A program made the position numbers and the translations under genes. A DNA stretch of 64,000 bases from Octopus vulgaris (lineage: Eukaryota): contig OX597822.1 in NCBI GenBank assembly GCA_951406725.2, positions 35,650,001 through 35,714,000 of the forward strand, read 5' to 3'. The notes under the pieces were generated by a model. That model saw only the letters and a list, made by a program, of their open reading frames with translations, made no database searches and was not told the DNA's origin. Position 1 is the stretch's first letter; every line of letters begins with the position of its first letter. Shown here one piece after another: positions 49,943 through 64,000 of this stretch.

Positions 49943-50881
49943 TCTCTTCTATTTTTTAATTGTTATAAATCTTCCACTGAGGAGGGAGCCGGTTTCCAGC
50001 AAAGATACAAGGCCCCATCTCTGGGACGTAGTTAACAAAGACAAGTTCATATTTGAAGCTTGAGAAAACGCTATACGACTTCCCGATTAAAAACGTTTGG
50101 TGACTGCAATTAGAAATGAAGGAAAATTCAAATTGACTAGTTAGCTATCAAAGGTATAGAGGAATAGTAATCAAAAGCATATATTTATATATACACTCAT
50201 CTGAAGCAAAAAAAAAAAAATAAATAAAAAGAAAAGAAAAGATATCTACAGTGTACGTCTGAGAAATTTCATATTTTCATATTTACTACAGTTTATTTAT
50301 AGCGTTTTACTGAATATCTGAAAGAGCAGGTATGTCCTGTATGCCCGTTTTGGAATGTATTTTCGGTTAGAACGATATAATATTTACTGTATGCTTTCTA
50401 TTAAAGAATCTTATGTCCGATATAGCAAGGATATAGTAAGGCACTTACCATGAAAGGAAGAAATTTAATATGAGCTGGAAGTGAGTGGTTTTGTCTGTTC
50501 GTACTTCTGAGATTTCTTCTATTCGTTTTGCCTGTAGAAATAGCAAACTTTTTTTTATATAACTGTGATTGAAATTTTTTGTTAAGCTGCTTCTAGCATT
50601 TATGATTAATTTGAAAATTTATTTGCATTATATTTAGAAAGGTTTGCAATACTGGAAATTATGTTCAAGCTAATAGGAGATTGAACCAAATAATTTCCTT
50701 TTCCTGTGTTGCCTTATATATTATGATTAACAAAATATAAATTAATCTTAACACGAATTTTTTCCGTTAGATTCTCTAATTGCTTCAATTAAATTATTTC
50801 TGAAATAATCCAGTTCATGGCTGTTCATATGATGGGAAATTGTTAGTCATTTCGTAACGAACTAAGTTTAATTAAATCTTT

Positions 50882-50981
50882 NNNNNNNNNNNNNNNNNNN
50901 NNNNNNNNNNNNNNNNNNNNNNNNNNNNNNNNNNNNNNNNNNNNNNNNNNNNNNNNNNNNNNNNNNNNNNNNNNNNNNNNN
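50882..50981. other. Assembly gap (100 N)
   Basis: Run of N. Confidence 1.
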
Positions 50982-51292
50982 CTAAATCGCATCACATAAC
51001 GACAATACGGCACAACTATTTCACCTCAATTGGACCCGCTCTCTTCAACATTACACCAGGACACGTCAAAAAAGAAACTGACCACACAAAATTCAAGAAG
51101 TCTTTGGACAAATTCCTTCAAACAGTACCGGACAAACCACCCACACCCGGATATGTCTCCGCAAACAATAACTCTCTGCTCGAATGGGCCTTGGTGCCCA
51201 AATCCTGAACTGAAAGACTTCGCCAGGTGGTGCTATTAAGTTAGACATGGCCTGGGCCAATACTGGCCAAAACCTTTCTAAGTTATTCTAAG

Positions 51293-51350
<58 letters not shown>

Positions 51351-51775
51351 ATTATGTATGTATATATGCGCGTGTGTGCGTGTGTGTATATGTATGCATG
51401 TCTGTTTTTGAATTTGTTTATGCCATCCCACTGCTTGAAAACTGGTGTTGGTTTATTTATGTCCACGTAACTTAGCGGCTCGGCAAAGCAGACCGATGGA
51501 ATAAGTACCGGGCTTTAATAAATAAGTACTAGGATTAGTTTGTTCGACTAAACCCTCCAACGTGCTGCTCCAGCATGGACGCAAGCTAATGACTGAAACA
51601 AGTAGAAAGGAATGGACAAAAGAGAAGTAGGGAGAGTGGAGAGCTTGTAAGACCAGATGAAGTCGTGGTGTGTAAAGGAATCACAGAACAGAAGGACTGT
51701 TTGAGGTACGAGAGGACGTGAGAAAGGGAATGCAACTAAGAAATATATTATGAAGGCAGAAAGAGCATATATATA

Positions 51776-51849
<74 letters not shown>

Positions 51850-52215
51850 CAATATAGGGTAGCAAAAAATTCAGCAGAAATTATTTTGCTACCAGCGGTC
51901 TAGTGAGAAAAAGGAAATAGTCAGAGACTATTTATAAATTCAACAGCAAATTAAGGAACGGCCATAATAGGCCGTTCAACCCACTAGAAATAACAGCCAA
52001 GGCTTCAACCGCAAAATAGTAGTAATTCCGTAAATCAGGAGAAAATTTTAAAAAATTTTAAAATTAAAAAAATCAGGAGAAAATTTTAAAAATTTTTTTT
52101 AATGTTTTTTTTATTTTCTCCTGATTTACGGAATTACTACTATTTTGCAGTTGAAACCTTGGCTGTTATTTCTAGTGGGTTGAACGGCCTATTATGGCCG
52201 TTCCTTAATTTGCTG

Positions 52216-52267
<52 letters not shown>

Positions 52268-53419
52268 AGAGTAGAGACGGTGAATGCAATTGTCTTCTCA
52301 ATAGCAACATATGGATGCGAGACCTGGACACTAAAGAAAGCTGACCAGAAGAGAATTAAGGCATTCGAGCTTTGGTGTTGGAGAAGACTTTTACGGATTC
52401 CATGGACAGCGAGGCTCACCAATGGAGAAGTTCTTAAGCAGATCAGGCCGAAACTGTCGCTGGAGGCTAGGATCACCAAGCATAGATTGGTATATTTCGG
52501 TCATACTATGCGGAGAAAATCCCTGGAGAAGGACATCGTGCTCGGAATGGTCAGTGGCAAGAGAGGAAGAGGCCAACAAAGAACCCGCTGGCTTGACACC
52601 ATCAAGAGTCATACCGGAATGGACATAGCCAATCTGAAAGAAGCAGCCCAGGATAGAACTGACTAGAGGACACTGATTCACCGAGAGTCGACTTCGACTG
52701 AGCGGATAGATAGATATATCACCACACCACACACCACACCACATCACTATCTGCGGTACTGAACTGAAATCAACACAACAGTTCACATACCTGGACTGCA
52801 TCATCTCATCCGATGCAAAGATCGACAAGGAAATTGACAATAGACTCTCTAAGGCAAATAGCTCCTTTGGCAGATTGTTCAAACATGTTTGACACAATAA
52901 TAATCTGAAGAACAAGAGAAGAATCAGCGTCTACAAATCCGTAGTTCTCGCTACTCTTCTCTACGGCTCGGAGACCTGGGCCACCTACCGTAGTCACATC
53001 CTGTGAAAATTCTTATTCTAATCGCAAATGAGAAACATATTGTAAAGGCAGGAAAGGTCTACATTTTGAATTGATGTAATGTTTGCATTGTTCAATTAAA
53101 TGGAGTCGCATGAAACGATCGTACTGCATTACCTCTGGATATCCTAGTTGTTTATTTTGATTATATATATATATATAATTAAATTTAATCAAAGGACATA
53201 CTAAGTATGTCTGCCTACTGGAAATAACAGTCAAAACTCTTAGTAAGTCCTTTGATTAATTTTAATTTTAACCCCTCAACTATTTGATGATTTTCTTGGG
53301 CCCGTGATTGCCTATATTATTAATTCTGCTATTATAGTCATTCCAGATGATAAAATTAATAATATCTTGACAAATCAATTTTCGAGAATTTATATTTTTA
53401 CTCGCGAATTCTTTGTCCT

Positions 53420-53470
<51 letters not shown>

Positions 53471-54927
53471 ATAAGATCTTTAATTTAAATATCGATCTTA
53501 TCAAGTGGCCAGCATGGGAATAAAAACCTTCAATGGTAATAACTATTATTAAAATTATAATTTAGGGTATCTAATAGATACTTCCACGCTGGAAATAGCA
53601 GCCAAAACTTGACTCTAAAGTCACATTAAAGGTTCATACAGCACCAGGAGAGAAGACAAAAAGACAAAATAAACTAGCAAAAAAAATACTGGATAATTCC
53701 AGATCCCAGATTTCTGAGTTTTGCATAAGAAATGCTTTGCCTCATCAGTGGAATATACACAGATATCTGTGTATATTCCACTTATTATAATTTCATATAT
53801 ATATATATATCGTTTATGCGTGTGTGTTTATGGGCGTATGTATGAATGTATATGCATATGAACACACATACACACTCTCTTACACACACACACACACACA
53901 CATATGTATGTATTATAATCCATATCTCATATATGTGTGTAATTGGAATAGATTAAGCGATTAAAAGAAGTTTGAATAAATACGAAAATGTATTTATATT
54001 TATACAAATATAAATACATTTATCACGTGTGCGTTTGTGTATTTACATAAATATTGGGCCATCCCATAAATAATGTGGGTTTTTTTAATTGTGTGAACTA
54101 AAACTCGGAGTGGGGCGGGATAAACTACCTGCATCAACTTGCTATAAAAGCAGGTAGTAATTTTAAGTTTTAAAGAGTGCAGTTCGATTTTAGCAGTTAT
54201 TTTTTCAAAGCTATAAGGGAAGTGGCAAAGGTGCATATTCGGCATATTTTGATCTATGAGTTCGATAAAGTTAACAACGTAACCGAAAGTGCGAGGAATA
54301 TTAATGCAGTATATAGGGATCGGACAGCCTAGAAGACGAGCCTCGTCCTGGAAAATCTGTAGAGCTCGGCGAGGACGTCCTGCAAGCCCTGGTGGAACAA
54401 AATCCCATCGCAACTGTTGAGGAACTAGCAGAGAAGCTTGGATTTGGTCTTTCAACAAGTCATTCAAGTCAGCAGTAGAAGAAAAACGACCATCTTTGGT
54501 TTGAAGACGAAAGGTGTTCTTCTATCAGGATAATCCTCGGCCACATACAGTCAGGTTGACATTCCAAAGGCTGGAGTAATTTGAATGGGGAACGATGCTC
54601 CACCCATTATATTCGCCGGACATTGCCCCATCTGATTATCATTTATTCTGCAGTCTTCAAAATCATTTGAACGGGAAAAAATATGAATTCTGTAGACGAG
54701 GTCAGAACAGTACTGGTGGAAATTTTTTCGTTACGGAAAAGTGAATTTTGGAAGAGGGGCCTTACAAGTTTAACAGATATATGGAAGAGCATTGTAGAAA
54801 ATGAAGGAGAGTATATTTTAGATGATTAAAAATGACTTTGTTTATCTTAATTTTGAAAAATAAAAGTATAGAAAACCGCATTATTTATGGGATGACCCAA
54901 TACATTTATTATACATACATACATACA

Positions 54928-54963
<36 letters not shown>

Positions 54964-55146
54964 TATATATAAAAAAATTTAAAGAAGACAAAAATGGAGA
55001 AGTATCGATGAACAACAATTGACCTACATCAGCTTTGATCTATGAGTTCAATGAATACTTCTAGCCCTCGAGACGGTTATTTTAACCTCTAACTCAGCTA
55101 ACATATATATATATGTGTGTGTGTACGTATGTATATGTATGTATGT

Positions 55147-55237
<91 letters not shown>

Positions 55238-56600
55238 TAGATATAGATATAAAGCATAAACACACAACACACACATATACATAGGGAGGTCGAGAAAGAG
55301 TTCCAATTAAAATGAATAAAAGCAACCCAAGCCACCATTGTTGAGAAGCATCGCCTAGATATTCCGAAGTCAGAGGTTAATATTTCCATTCTTATTTTAC
55401 AGCCTAACTAGAAGCCATTAATTGTATTGTTGTACTGAAACAACCCCCACGAGAAATTAGACTGACCAATGCTAGGCATCTACATAACAGAAAAAAATCT
55501 TAAAATACATTATGATAACACAAAAAGGAAAATATATTTCAACAAAGCGAAACATATTGAAGACAAGAATAGCAACAACAAAAATAAATTTGCACATGTT
55601 TTGTATTTTATCAAATGAAAATGTAGCCAGCAAAAACAAGGCGCGATCCTTCGGTAGTGTTCTTTCCAACAAGAAAACCCTAGGTATGAAACCTGTTACT
55701 AAAAGAACAGAAGCTTGACCAAAACGAGGACCAGCCTTTCACGGTTTATTAGAGTTGAGCGAGAGGCAGATAATAACATACCTATTTCTTTATTGCCCAC
55801 AAGGGGCTAAACACAGAGGGGACAAACAAGGACAGACATAGGTATTAAGTCGATTACATCGACCCCAGTGCGTAACTGGTACTTAATTTATCGACCCCGA
55901 AAGGATGAAAGGCAAAGTCGACCTCGGCGGAATTTAAACTCACAACGTAACGCAGATGAAATACCGCTAAGCATTTCGCCCGGCGTGCTAGCGTTTCTGC
56001 CAGCTCGCCGCCGATGGCAGAAAATAACATACCTTTGTCTTGCCATAACAGCATCAGCGGCGAGCTGGTAGAAACGTTAACGCGCCGGGAGAAATGCTTA
56101 ACGGTATTTCGTCTGCGTTACGTTGTGAGTTCAAATTCCGCCGCGGTCGACTTTGCCTTTCATCCTTTCGGGGTCGATAAATTAAGTACCAGTTACGCAC
56201 TGGGGTCGATGTAATCGACTTAATACCTATGTCTGTCCTTATTTGTCCCCTCTCTGTTTAGCCCCATGTGGGTAATAAAGAAATAGAAATAGGTATTTCG
56301 TCTGCCGCTACGTTCTGAGTTCAAATTCCGCCAGAACTTTTTCTAAAACTACTTTAAACTAGGGATAAAGTAAAAATGTAAAATTCAATGGGTTTTTTTT
56401 TTTCAAAAGATGTATTAGTCTTCAGTAATATGCAGCTTTTAGTTTCACCGTAATTGGATCATTAGGTCAGAGTTCTAATCCTTTTTATGCTTTGATTATA
56501 ATCAACCAATTTCAATGAAACTATTAGTTACAATATGACAGAATATAATCCAGCTTTTAAAACACACGCGCGCGCACACACATACACACATACATACTTT

Positions 56601-56632
<32 letters not shown>

Positions 56633-57002
56633 AACGGCAGTTTGTCTGTGCGTGTTTCTGCGTGTCTGTTTGCTTGTACCCTCACCCTGACCACGGCTTT
56701 CAACCGATTCTGATGAAACTTGACACACACATAGCCCAATGTCATAATTCAAAACTAACGCAGCGAAAATTTTGAAAAGTTCCCCCAGTTCTGAAAAAAA
56801 TCGATAAATTCGACATGGGGTCGAGAATCAGAAACACAAACCGCAAACTGTCTAGGGGACGCAACTCCACCTTTTTTTACTCTCAAAAAAAAAGTTACCA
56901 TCATTTTTTTCCATTTTTTGGCTATTTTTTGGCTATAACTCTCTAAAAATGCTTTATAGTTATTTCCCTTACAAACCTGAGCAACGCCGGGCGATACTGC
57001 TA

Positions 57003-57038
<36 letters not shown>

Positions 57039-57186
57039 ATGTATATGTATTCCAATATTTCCCTTAAGCATAGCGAGACAAATAACTGGTGTCATCTCTT
57101 TTTTCTTATCCCCACTCTATACTCATCTAACATTGTGTATGTGTACGTATATGTGTGTATGTGTCTGTGTGCTTATATGTGTGTGT

Positions 57187-57244
<58 letters not shown>

Positions 57245-57781
57245 ATGTATGTATGTATGTATGTATGTATGTATGTATGTATGTATATGCATACGTATAT
57301 ATATATATAGTTGAAAAAAAAAGATTTGAGATCAATACAAATCAAATTTGTATATATAAAGGATGGAGTTGGAAATAGCACACAAGTAAGTCTAAGATAT
57401 TTCAATTCAAGAAGGAGTTTAATAAAAAGGATTTTAAAAAGTTATTTTTAAAAATCATACAAAGAAGATATTACCAGTTTCGATGAATCTCGTCTTATCA
57501 GAAAAATGTCTGGGGGTGAAGAACATGATCTTGACCCTCAGGCAGAAGATAAACTGGTGTTACTTCAAATTTTTGTAAATTTTTACTGATATTTGATAAG
57601 ATGAGATTCATCGAAAACGGCAATATCTTCTTTATATGTTTTTGAAATAATTTTTTAAATCATTTTTATTAAATTCCTTCTTGAATTGAAATGTCTTAGA
57701 CTTACTTCTGTGCTAATTCTACCTCAATCCTTTATATATGTATGTATATATATATATATAATATATTACATATGCATATAC

Positions 57782-57878
<97 letters not shown>

Positions 57879-58651
57879 TATATAGGTACAGAACGTCACC
57901 AACGGTGCAAATAACATAATATACGTAAACAAAAGAGGGGAAAAACGAGTGAATTACGTAAACAACGAGAAAAATGGAAAGCAGGAAAAGTAAACACAGA
58001 GGAAGGACCCTTCATCAGTTGTTGGCTGTCTATCTACTCCTCATTTCGAGCATTCAACGATAATGTGAGTCTTCAAAGACAGTTGCTCCCATAAATTCTA
58101 AAATAAAATTTAGGATTTATGGAGGGTCAAAGTTGGGAGCAAAAACAGGATAGTGGAGACATACAAGGAAACCGAACGAAAACTAACATGGAGGGTCGTT
58201 AGACCAGAACGAGAGGAAATAGTGAACGCTGGGAGAAACATCTTTCTCTTTCTCTCTTCTATCTTTTCTCTTGTCAAAAAAAATGTTTCTCCCAGCGTTC
58301 ACTATTTTCCTCTCGTTCTGATCTAACGATCCTCCATGTTTGCTTTCGTTCGGTTTCCTTGTATGTCTCCAGTAATTTTTTTTTTGTTTCCAACTTTGAC
58401 CCTCCATAAATCCAAAATTTTATTTTAGAATTTATGGGAGCAACTGTCTTTGAAGATTCATATTGTCGTTGAATACTCGAAATGAGGAGTAGATAGACAG
58501 CCGACAACTGATGAAGGGTCCTTTCTCTGTGTTAACTTGTCCTCTTTTTCCTTTTTTTCTCGTTGTTTACGTAATTCACTTGTTTGCCCTAGTTTGTTTA
58601 TGTATTTCATGTTATTTGCACTGTTGGTGACGCCCTGTACCCATATATGCA

Positions 58652-58712
<61 letters not shown>

Positions 58713-59029
58713 AAATATTAGGGAATAAATCCAAACTTACAGGGAAAAATCAGATTTAGGTTTAAATCCAATTTTATAGTATAAATATATTATATTATAT
58801 TATATTAAATTAGAGATAAAACCACTATTAGGCAAATCAAACAATGAAAAACATAAGCCAATACATAAAATTAATTTAATTTTATTATTTTAAATATATA
58901 TCAAAAGTATTAAAAGTTTAATGTTTTTATTATAACATAAAAATAAACATTAGTGTGTGTGTATGCGTATATATATATATATATAATATTATTTATTATT
59001 TAATTGAATGTGACGCATCTATTTCCAAG

Positions 59030-59107
<78 letters not shown>

Positions 59108-59812
59108 TTGTCAAAGCGTCTTATTCAATTTTCAATTATATTATTATCCTCTTAGTTGTAAGTTGTAAGTAATTATGCACAGATAAAGTGCATAATTCCA
59201 TATCCCCTCTAATGACAGACAATTTTAAAAGCTAAATTATATTTATATACATCAAACGCCTATCACGAAAATTATCTACCGAATTAAGACATAATGATTA
59301 ATATCTTGCATTAGAAAACATCTGCCTATTCCACTCACTCATCAACTCTTCCTCATTAGCCAATTATCAAACTTTTTTCTCTTTACAGTGACTTTGCATA
59401 AAAGTACAATAAATATTTCTCTCGTGAATTTATAGAGAAATTACTTAACTAATCATTTCGTACAGTTCTTAGCAGTTTCTTAATACTTAAATATCATATG
59501 TAATACTTGAATATCACATGTAAAACTTAAATATCATATGTGATACGATGAAATATCTCTGTCCTATTTTTCTTTTGCATTATAGGTGCACACAGGTGTG
59601 TAGTTAAGAAGCTTTCTTGGCAACTACGTGGTTTGGTCGGGTGGTAGTTGAGTCTCACTGCTCGGTACCCTTGGACAAGTGTCCTCTAATATAGCTCCGG
59701 GGACGACCAATGCCTTGTAAGTAAATTTGGTAGGCGGAAATTTGATACACACATACACATATATATATACACAAACAACATATCCATGCAAACTTTTATA
59801 TATGTGTTTATA

Positions 59813-59870
<58 letters not shown>

Positions 59871-60389
59871 TATAGTTGAAATTTGCAGAAAAACAAAAGA
59901 CGAAAACAGGTGTATTAGTTTGACGCTCGGGAAGGTGAGAAAGTCTTTACGTTTCGAGCCGACGCATTTCAGCAGAAAGGAACACGATGAAATAAACAGA
60001 TAGAGAATAAAAAGAGAGAGAATATTAAATTTAAATTCAGATGAATATGGTACTTAAATTCACTCTTTGACAGTCAAAGAGTGAATTTGCTACTATCATG
60101 TAATACTTACAGTGTTTAATAAAATGAAGTAGCATGAAACAATTGTACTGCTCTACCTCGGATATACTTGTTGCTTATTTTGAGTATATATATATATATA
60201 TTATTCTTTAACAAGTAATAGTACTGACAGTGACTTCGAAGTAAGCCATCATCATCCAATGATGACTGATGTCACAGTCAATATTATTCTTGGGAATGAA
60301 TAATAAATTTGTACTCTACCAAAAGGTGTTGAGTAATCCTTCCATTTAATGTAAAATTGTTTTTATTATAACATAAAAAATAAACATTA

Positions 60390-60424
<35 letters not shown>

Positions 60425-60465
60425 ATTGATTCTGTGTTTGCTCATGAGTGTGGCCATGTGGGGCA

Positions 60466-60514
<49 letters not shown>

Positions 60515-61599
60515 AGGCTTTAAAAATACATGAATACTAGTGTCGATTTGTTCGATTAAATCCTTCAACGTGGTGCCCCAGCATGGCTGCAGTCTAATGA
60601 CTGAAAGATGAAAATCTTTCCGTTTTAGAACGACTTGTGTGGACATGAGCGTGGGTGTATGTATGAGTGTTTGACAAGGTATGTACGTGTTGGAATTGTC
60701 TGTTGGCACTCATATAAAGTGTTACAGGTAGATAAGCTTTCTGGTTAGACAGCAATGTACTCCAGTCGGGGCTCTAATAGAAGAACCGCCTCCACTACTT
60801 AAGAACGGCAAAGTTATCCTAAGCGGGGTTTGAATTCAGAATGCAAACAGTCGGAAAAATAGCTCGAAGCATTTTATCTGATTTTGCGAAATCACCAAAT
60901 ATATTCTATATAATTGAGAAGTTACTATAATTTGTATGAATTGCCATCTTAAGAAAAGCAAATGTTAGACAATTCTTTATTCAGTGTTCACTCAAAATAC
61001 TGAGTCACGTTTAAGCGTATGTTCCGAGATAGTTTTTAAGACCAGATGCTGAATTTTTAAGATCTAGAGCAAACATGGCAGGCAAAAATCAGCACCTCTG
61101 CAGAAGAATTTCGTGTGTCTGTGGAATGACATTGCTGTGCATAAATCTTCGCAGTCTAGGATTGTTTGGGGTTTACCAATTTTCCTGCTCACAACACAAA
61201 TATTATATTACGAAGGAGAAAGTACAATATTGGTATGAAAAAACAATTTCTGTAAGAATGTGAGAGATTTCATGTGATAAATATAGCTTACTTTCGAGAA
61301 AAAAAAAATCGTGCAGGTATCGCACTTTCAACTCTAGATTATAGGCAGGTGTTGTATGGGATATTAACGTATGGAAAATTTTTTTACGCATGTTAATATA
61401 CCATATGTATAATATGTGAAACTATTGCACAGAAACAATTATGGAGATTTGTTTGTATATTTGTATGTATTTGTATGTATGTATGTATGTATGTATGTAT
61501 GTATGTATGTATGTATGTATTATGTATGTATGTATTATGTATGTATGTATGTATGTATGTATGTATGTATGTATGTATGTATGTATGTACGTATGTATG

Positions 61600-61630
<31 letters not shown>

Positions 61631-63027
61631 TATGTATGTATGTATTATGTATGTATTTATGTATGTACGTATGTATGTATGTATGTATGTATGTATGTAT
61701 GTATGTATGTACGTACGTATGTATGTATGTATGCATGTATGTATGTATGTATGTATGTATTATGTATGTATGTATGTATGTATGTATGTATGTATGTATG
61801 TATTTATGTATGTACGTATGTATGTATGTATGTACGTATGTATGTATGTATGTAAGAATGTATGTATGTATGTATGTATGTATGTATGTATTATGTATGT
61901 ATGTATGTATTATGTATGTATTTATGTATGTAGTATGTATGTATGTATGTATGTATGTATGTATGTATGTATGTATGTATGTATGTATTATGTATGTATG
62001 TATGTATTATTATGTAATTATGTATGTATGTATGTATGTATGTATGTATGTATGTATGTATGTATGTATGTATGTATGTATGTATGTATGTCTATTTTTT
62101 AATTGTTATAAATCTTCCACTGAGGAGGGAGCCGGTTTCCAGCAAAGATACAAGGCCCCATCTCTGGGACGTAGTTAACAAAGACAAGTTCATATTTGAA
62201 GCTTGAGAAAACGCTATACGACTTCCCGATTAAAAACGTTTGGTGACTGCAATTAGAAATGAAGGAAAATTCAAATTGACTAGTTAGCTATCAAAGGTAT
62301 AGAGGAATAGTAATCAAAAGCATATATTTATATATACACTCATCTGAAGCAAAAAAAAAAAAAATAAATAAAAAGAAAAGAAAAGATATCTACAGTGTAC
62401 GTCTGAGAAATTTCATATTTTCATATTTACTACAGTTTATTTATAGCGTTTTACTGAATATCTGAAAGAGCAGGTATGTCCTGTATGCCCGTTTTGGAAT
62501 GTATTTTCGGTTAGAACGATATAATATTTACTGTATGCTTTCTATTAAAGAATCTTATGTCCGATATAGCAAGGATATAGTAAGGCACTTACCATGAAAG
62601 GAAGAAATTTAATATGAGCTGGAAGTGAGTGGTTTTGTCTGTTCGTACTTCTGAGATTTCTTCTATTCGTTTTGCCTGTAGAAATAGCAAACTTTTTTTT
62701 ATATAACTGTGATTGAAATGTTTTTGTTAAGCTGCTTCTAGCATTTATGATTAATTTGAAAATTTATTTGCATTATATTTAGAAAGGTTTGCAATACTGG
62801 AAATTATGTTCAAGCTAATAGGAGATTGAACCAAATAATTTCCTTTTCCTGTGTTGCCTTATATATTATGATTAACGAAAATATAAATTAATCTTAACAC
62901 GAATTTTTTCCGTTAGATTCTCTAATTGCTTCAATTAAATTATTTCTGAAATAATCCAGTTCATGGCTGTTCATATGATGGGAAATTGTTAGTCATTTCG
63001 TAACGAACTAAGTTTAATTAAATCTTT
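50982..63027 (+). repeat. Copy 2 of the ~12-kb duplication (repeats the CR1 tail, RTE fragments, mariner 54054-54900, SINEs, Helitron 56625-57003, fold-backs and HHR motifs)
   Basis: Colinear with 38830-50881; differences are mostly microsatellite and homopolymer length plus a few substitutions. Confidence 0.97.
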
Positions 63028-63337
63028 TTTTTTTTTTTTTCTTGCGAAGGAAATCTAATACAAGCAATGCTTCCAATACTGAGTTGTTTGTGCCTTCATA
63101 GCCTGCCATTGCAAAAGAAGAATTTTTCCCTGCCTCGATGGCACCAAAAGGAGCTTTTCAAAAATGAAGCGAATTTCTAATATATAATATAACACTAATA
63201 TTAGCATCATTAATTTTGTCAATATACTGGTGAACTCCGAGGTTTTGGTTTGAGAGATTTGGTTATCGACGGATAAACATCAAACTGAAAAAATTGGCAA
63301 ATAAACACTTTGTTGTATTATAAATAATGATACGGTC

Positions 63338-63371
<34 letters not shown>

Positions 63372-63639
63372 ACGACCTCGAGCCCACAAGAATAAATAAG
63401 AGAGACAGAGACAGGCAGAAAGAAGGAAAATGTCCTTTGTATTTGAATACTATGCAAATATTCTTTTAAAACACTTTTCATTGAATTTTTCCAAAATTTA
63501 ATTGTTTTCCATGCTTACAATTGAAGAAGTCTCAATGACTGAAACCGTTACTGATATGTTTTTTATAAAATTATTTTAGAATTTTCTACCTTGACTTTTC
63601 TCCATATATACATATATATGTGTATATATATATACATAT

Positions 63640-63721
<82 letters not shown>

Positions 63722-63870
63722 TTTCCTTCTTTCCTGAGCGTCCAATAAAACTATATATATATATATAAAGTTAATCCAAACATGAAAACACAAAGAGAAA
63801 ACACAACAACGTGAGGACGTGGAACAAATATAGTATTATTGGATGCTCAGGAAGGAAGGGAAGAAGGATG

Positions 63871-63906
63871 GTTTAACGTTTCGAGCAGAGCATCTTCGTT
63901 AGAAAC
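63871..63906 (-). ncRNA. Minimal HHR-like motif (G5->A) in a pLTR-like repeat (~63768-63990), with an inverted fragment at ~63720-63755
   Basis: GTTT-CTAACGA-A-GA(T)GC(TCT)GCTC-GAAA-CG-TT-AAAC. Confidence 0.55.
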
Positions 63907-64000
63907 ATAGGAAAAGGAAAGATCCAGAAGGGGAAGACAGAGAGAAAAAAAATCGCCAACGGTACACACGCGGTCACTTTTTGAATGTTTATATATATAC

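Larger units (their letters stand above)
38830..50881 (+). repeat. Copy 1 of a ~12.05-kb near-identical direct duplication
   Basis: Begins CTAAATCGCATCAC and ends at the N gap; matches 50982-63027. Confidence 0.97.

Noticed and set aside
49257-50063. Long MYVC-repeat ORFs (also the YI-, PTYL-, LSIY- and poly-N/L ORFs elsewhere)
   Set aside because: Stop-free translations of microsatellites, with no sign of real coding sequence
63028-63180. Poly-T plus AG acceptor-like site followed by a short open frame
   Set aside because: No donor site or recognisable peptide, and poly-T runs are common in this window

Overview
AT-rich, repeat-saturated animal genomic DNA, most likely intronic or intergenic. 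The SINE families and microsatellite style suggest Octopus, but that is an inference. I found no credible host protein-coding gene: almost all ORFs in the track are microsatellite or SINE read-throughs. The window holds at least four tRNA-derived SINE families, five decayed mariner elements, hAT-like and other MITEs, a non-autonomous Helitron, CR1- and RTE-type LINE fragments, two ORF1-only gag-knuckle retroelements, an (AAT)n-embedded repeat and long microsatellites. Positions ~38830-50881 recur almost identically at ~50982-63027 across a 100-N gap, probably an assembly overlap. The most interesting signal is a dispersed set of short elements anchored in (TA)n. They form asymmetric fold-backs (inverted repeats), carry type I hammerhead ribozyme (HHR) motifs, several with long stem II or variant cores, and share a 3'-terminal motif. 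One copy (27630-28631) has an inverted piece plus a 493-nt-period direct repeat with an HHR in each unit, resembling a retrozyme. A fossil Penelope-like GIY-YIG endonuclease ORF (~25830-26520, minus strand) lies in the same window and is a plausible autonomous partner. All coordinates were read by eye and may be off by a few bases.
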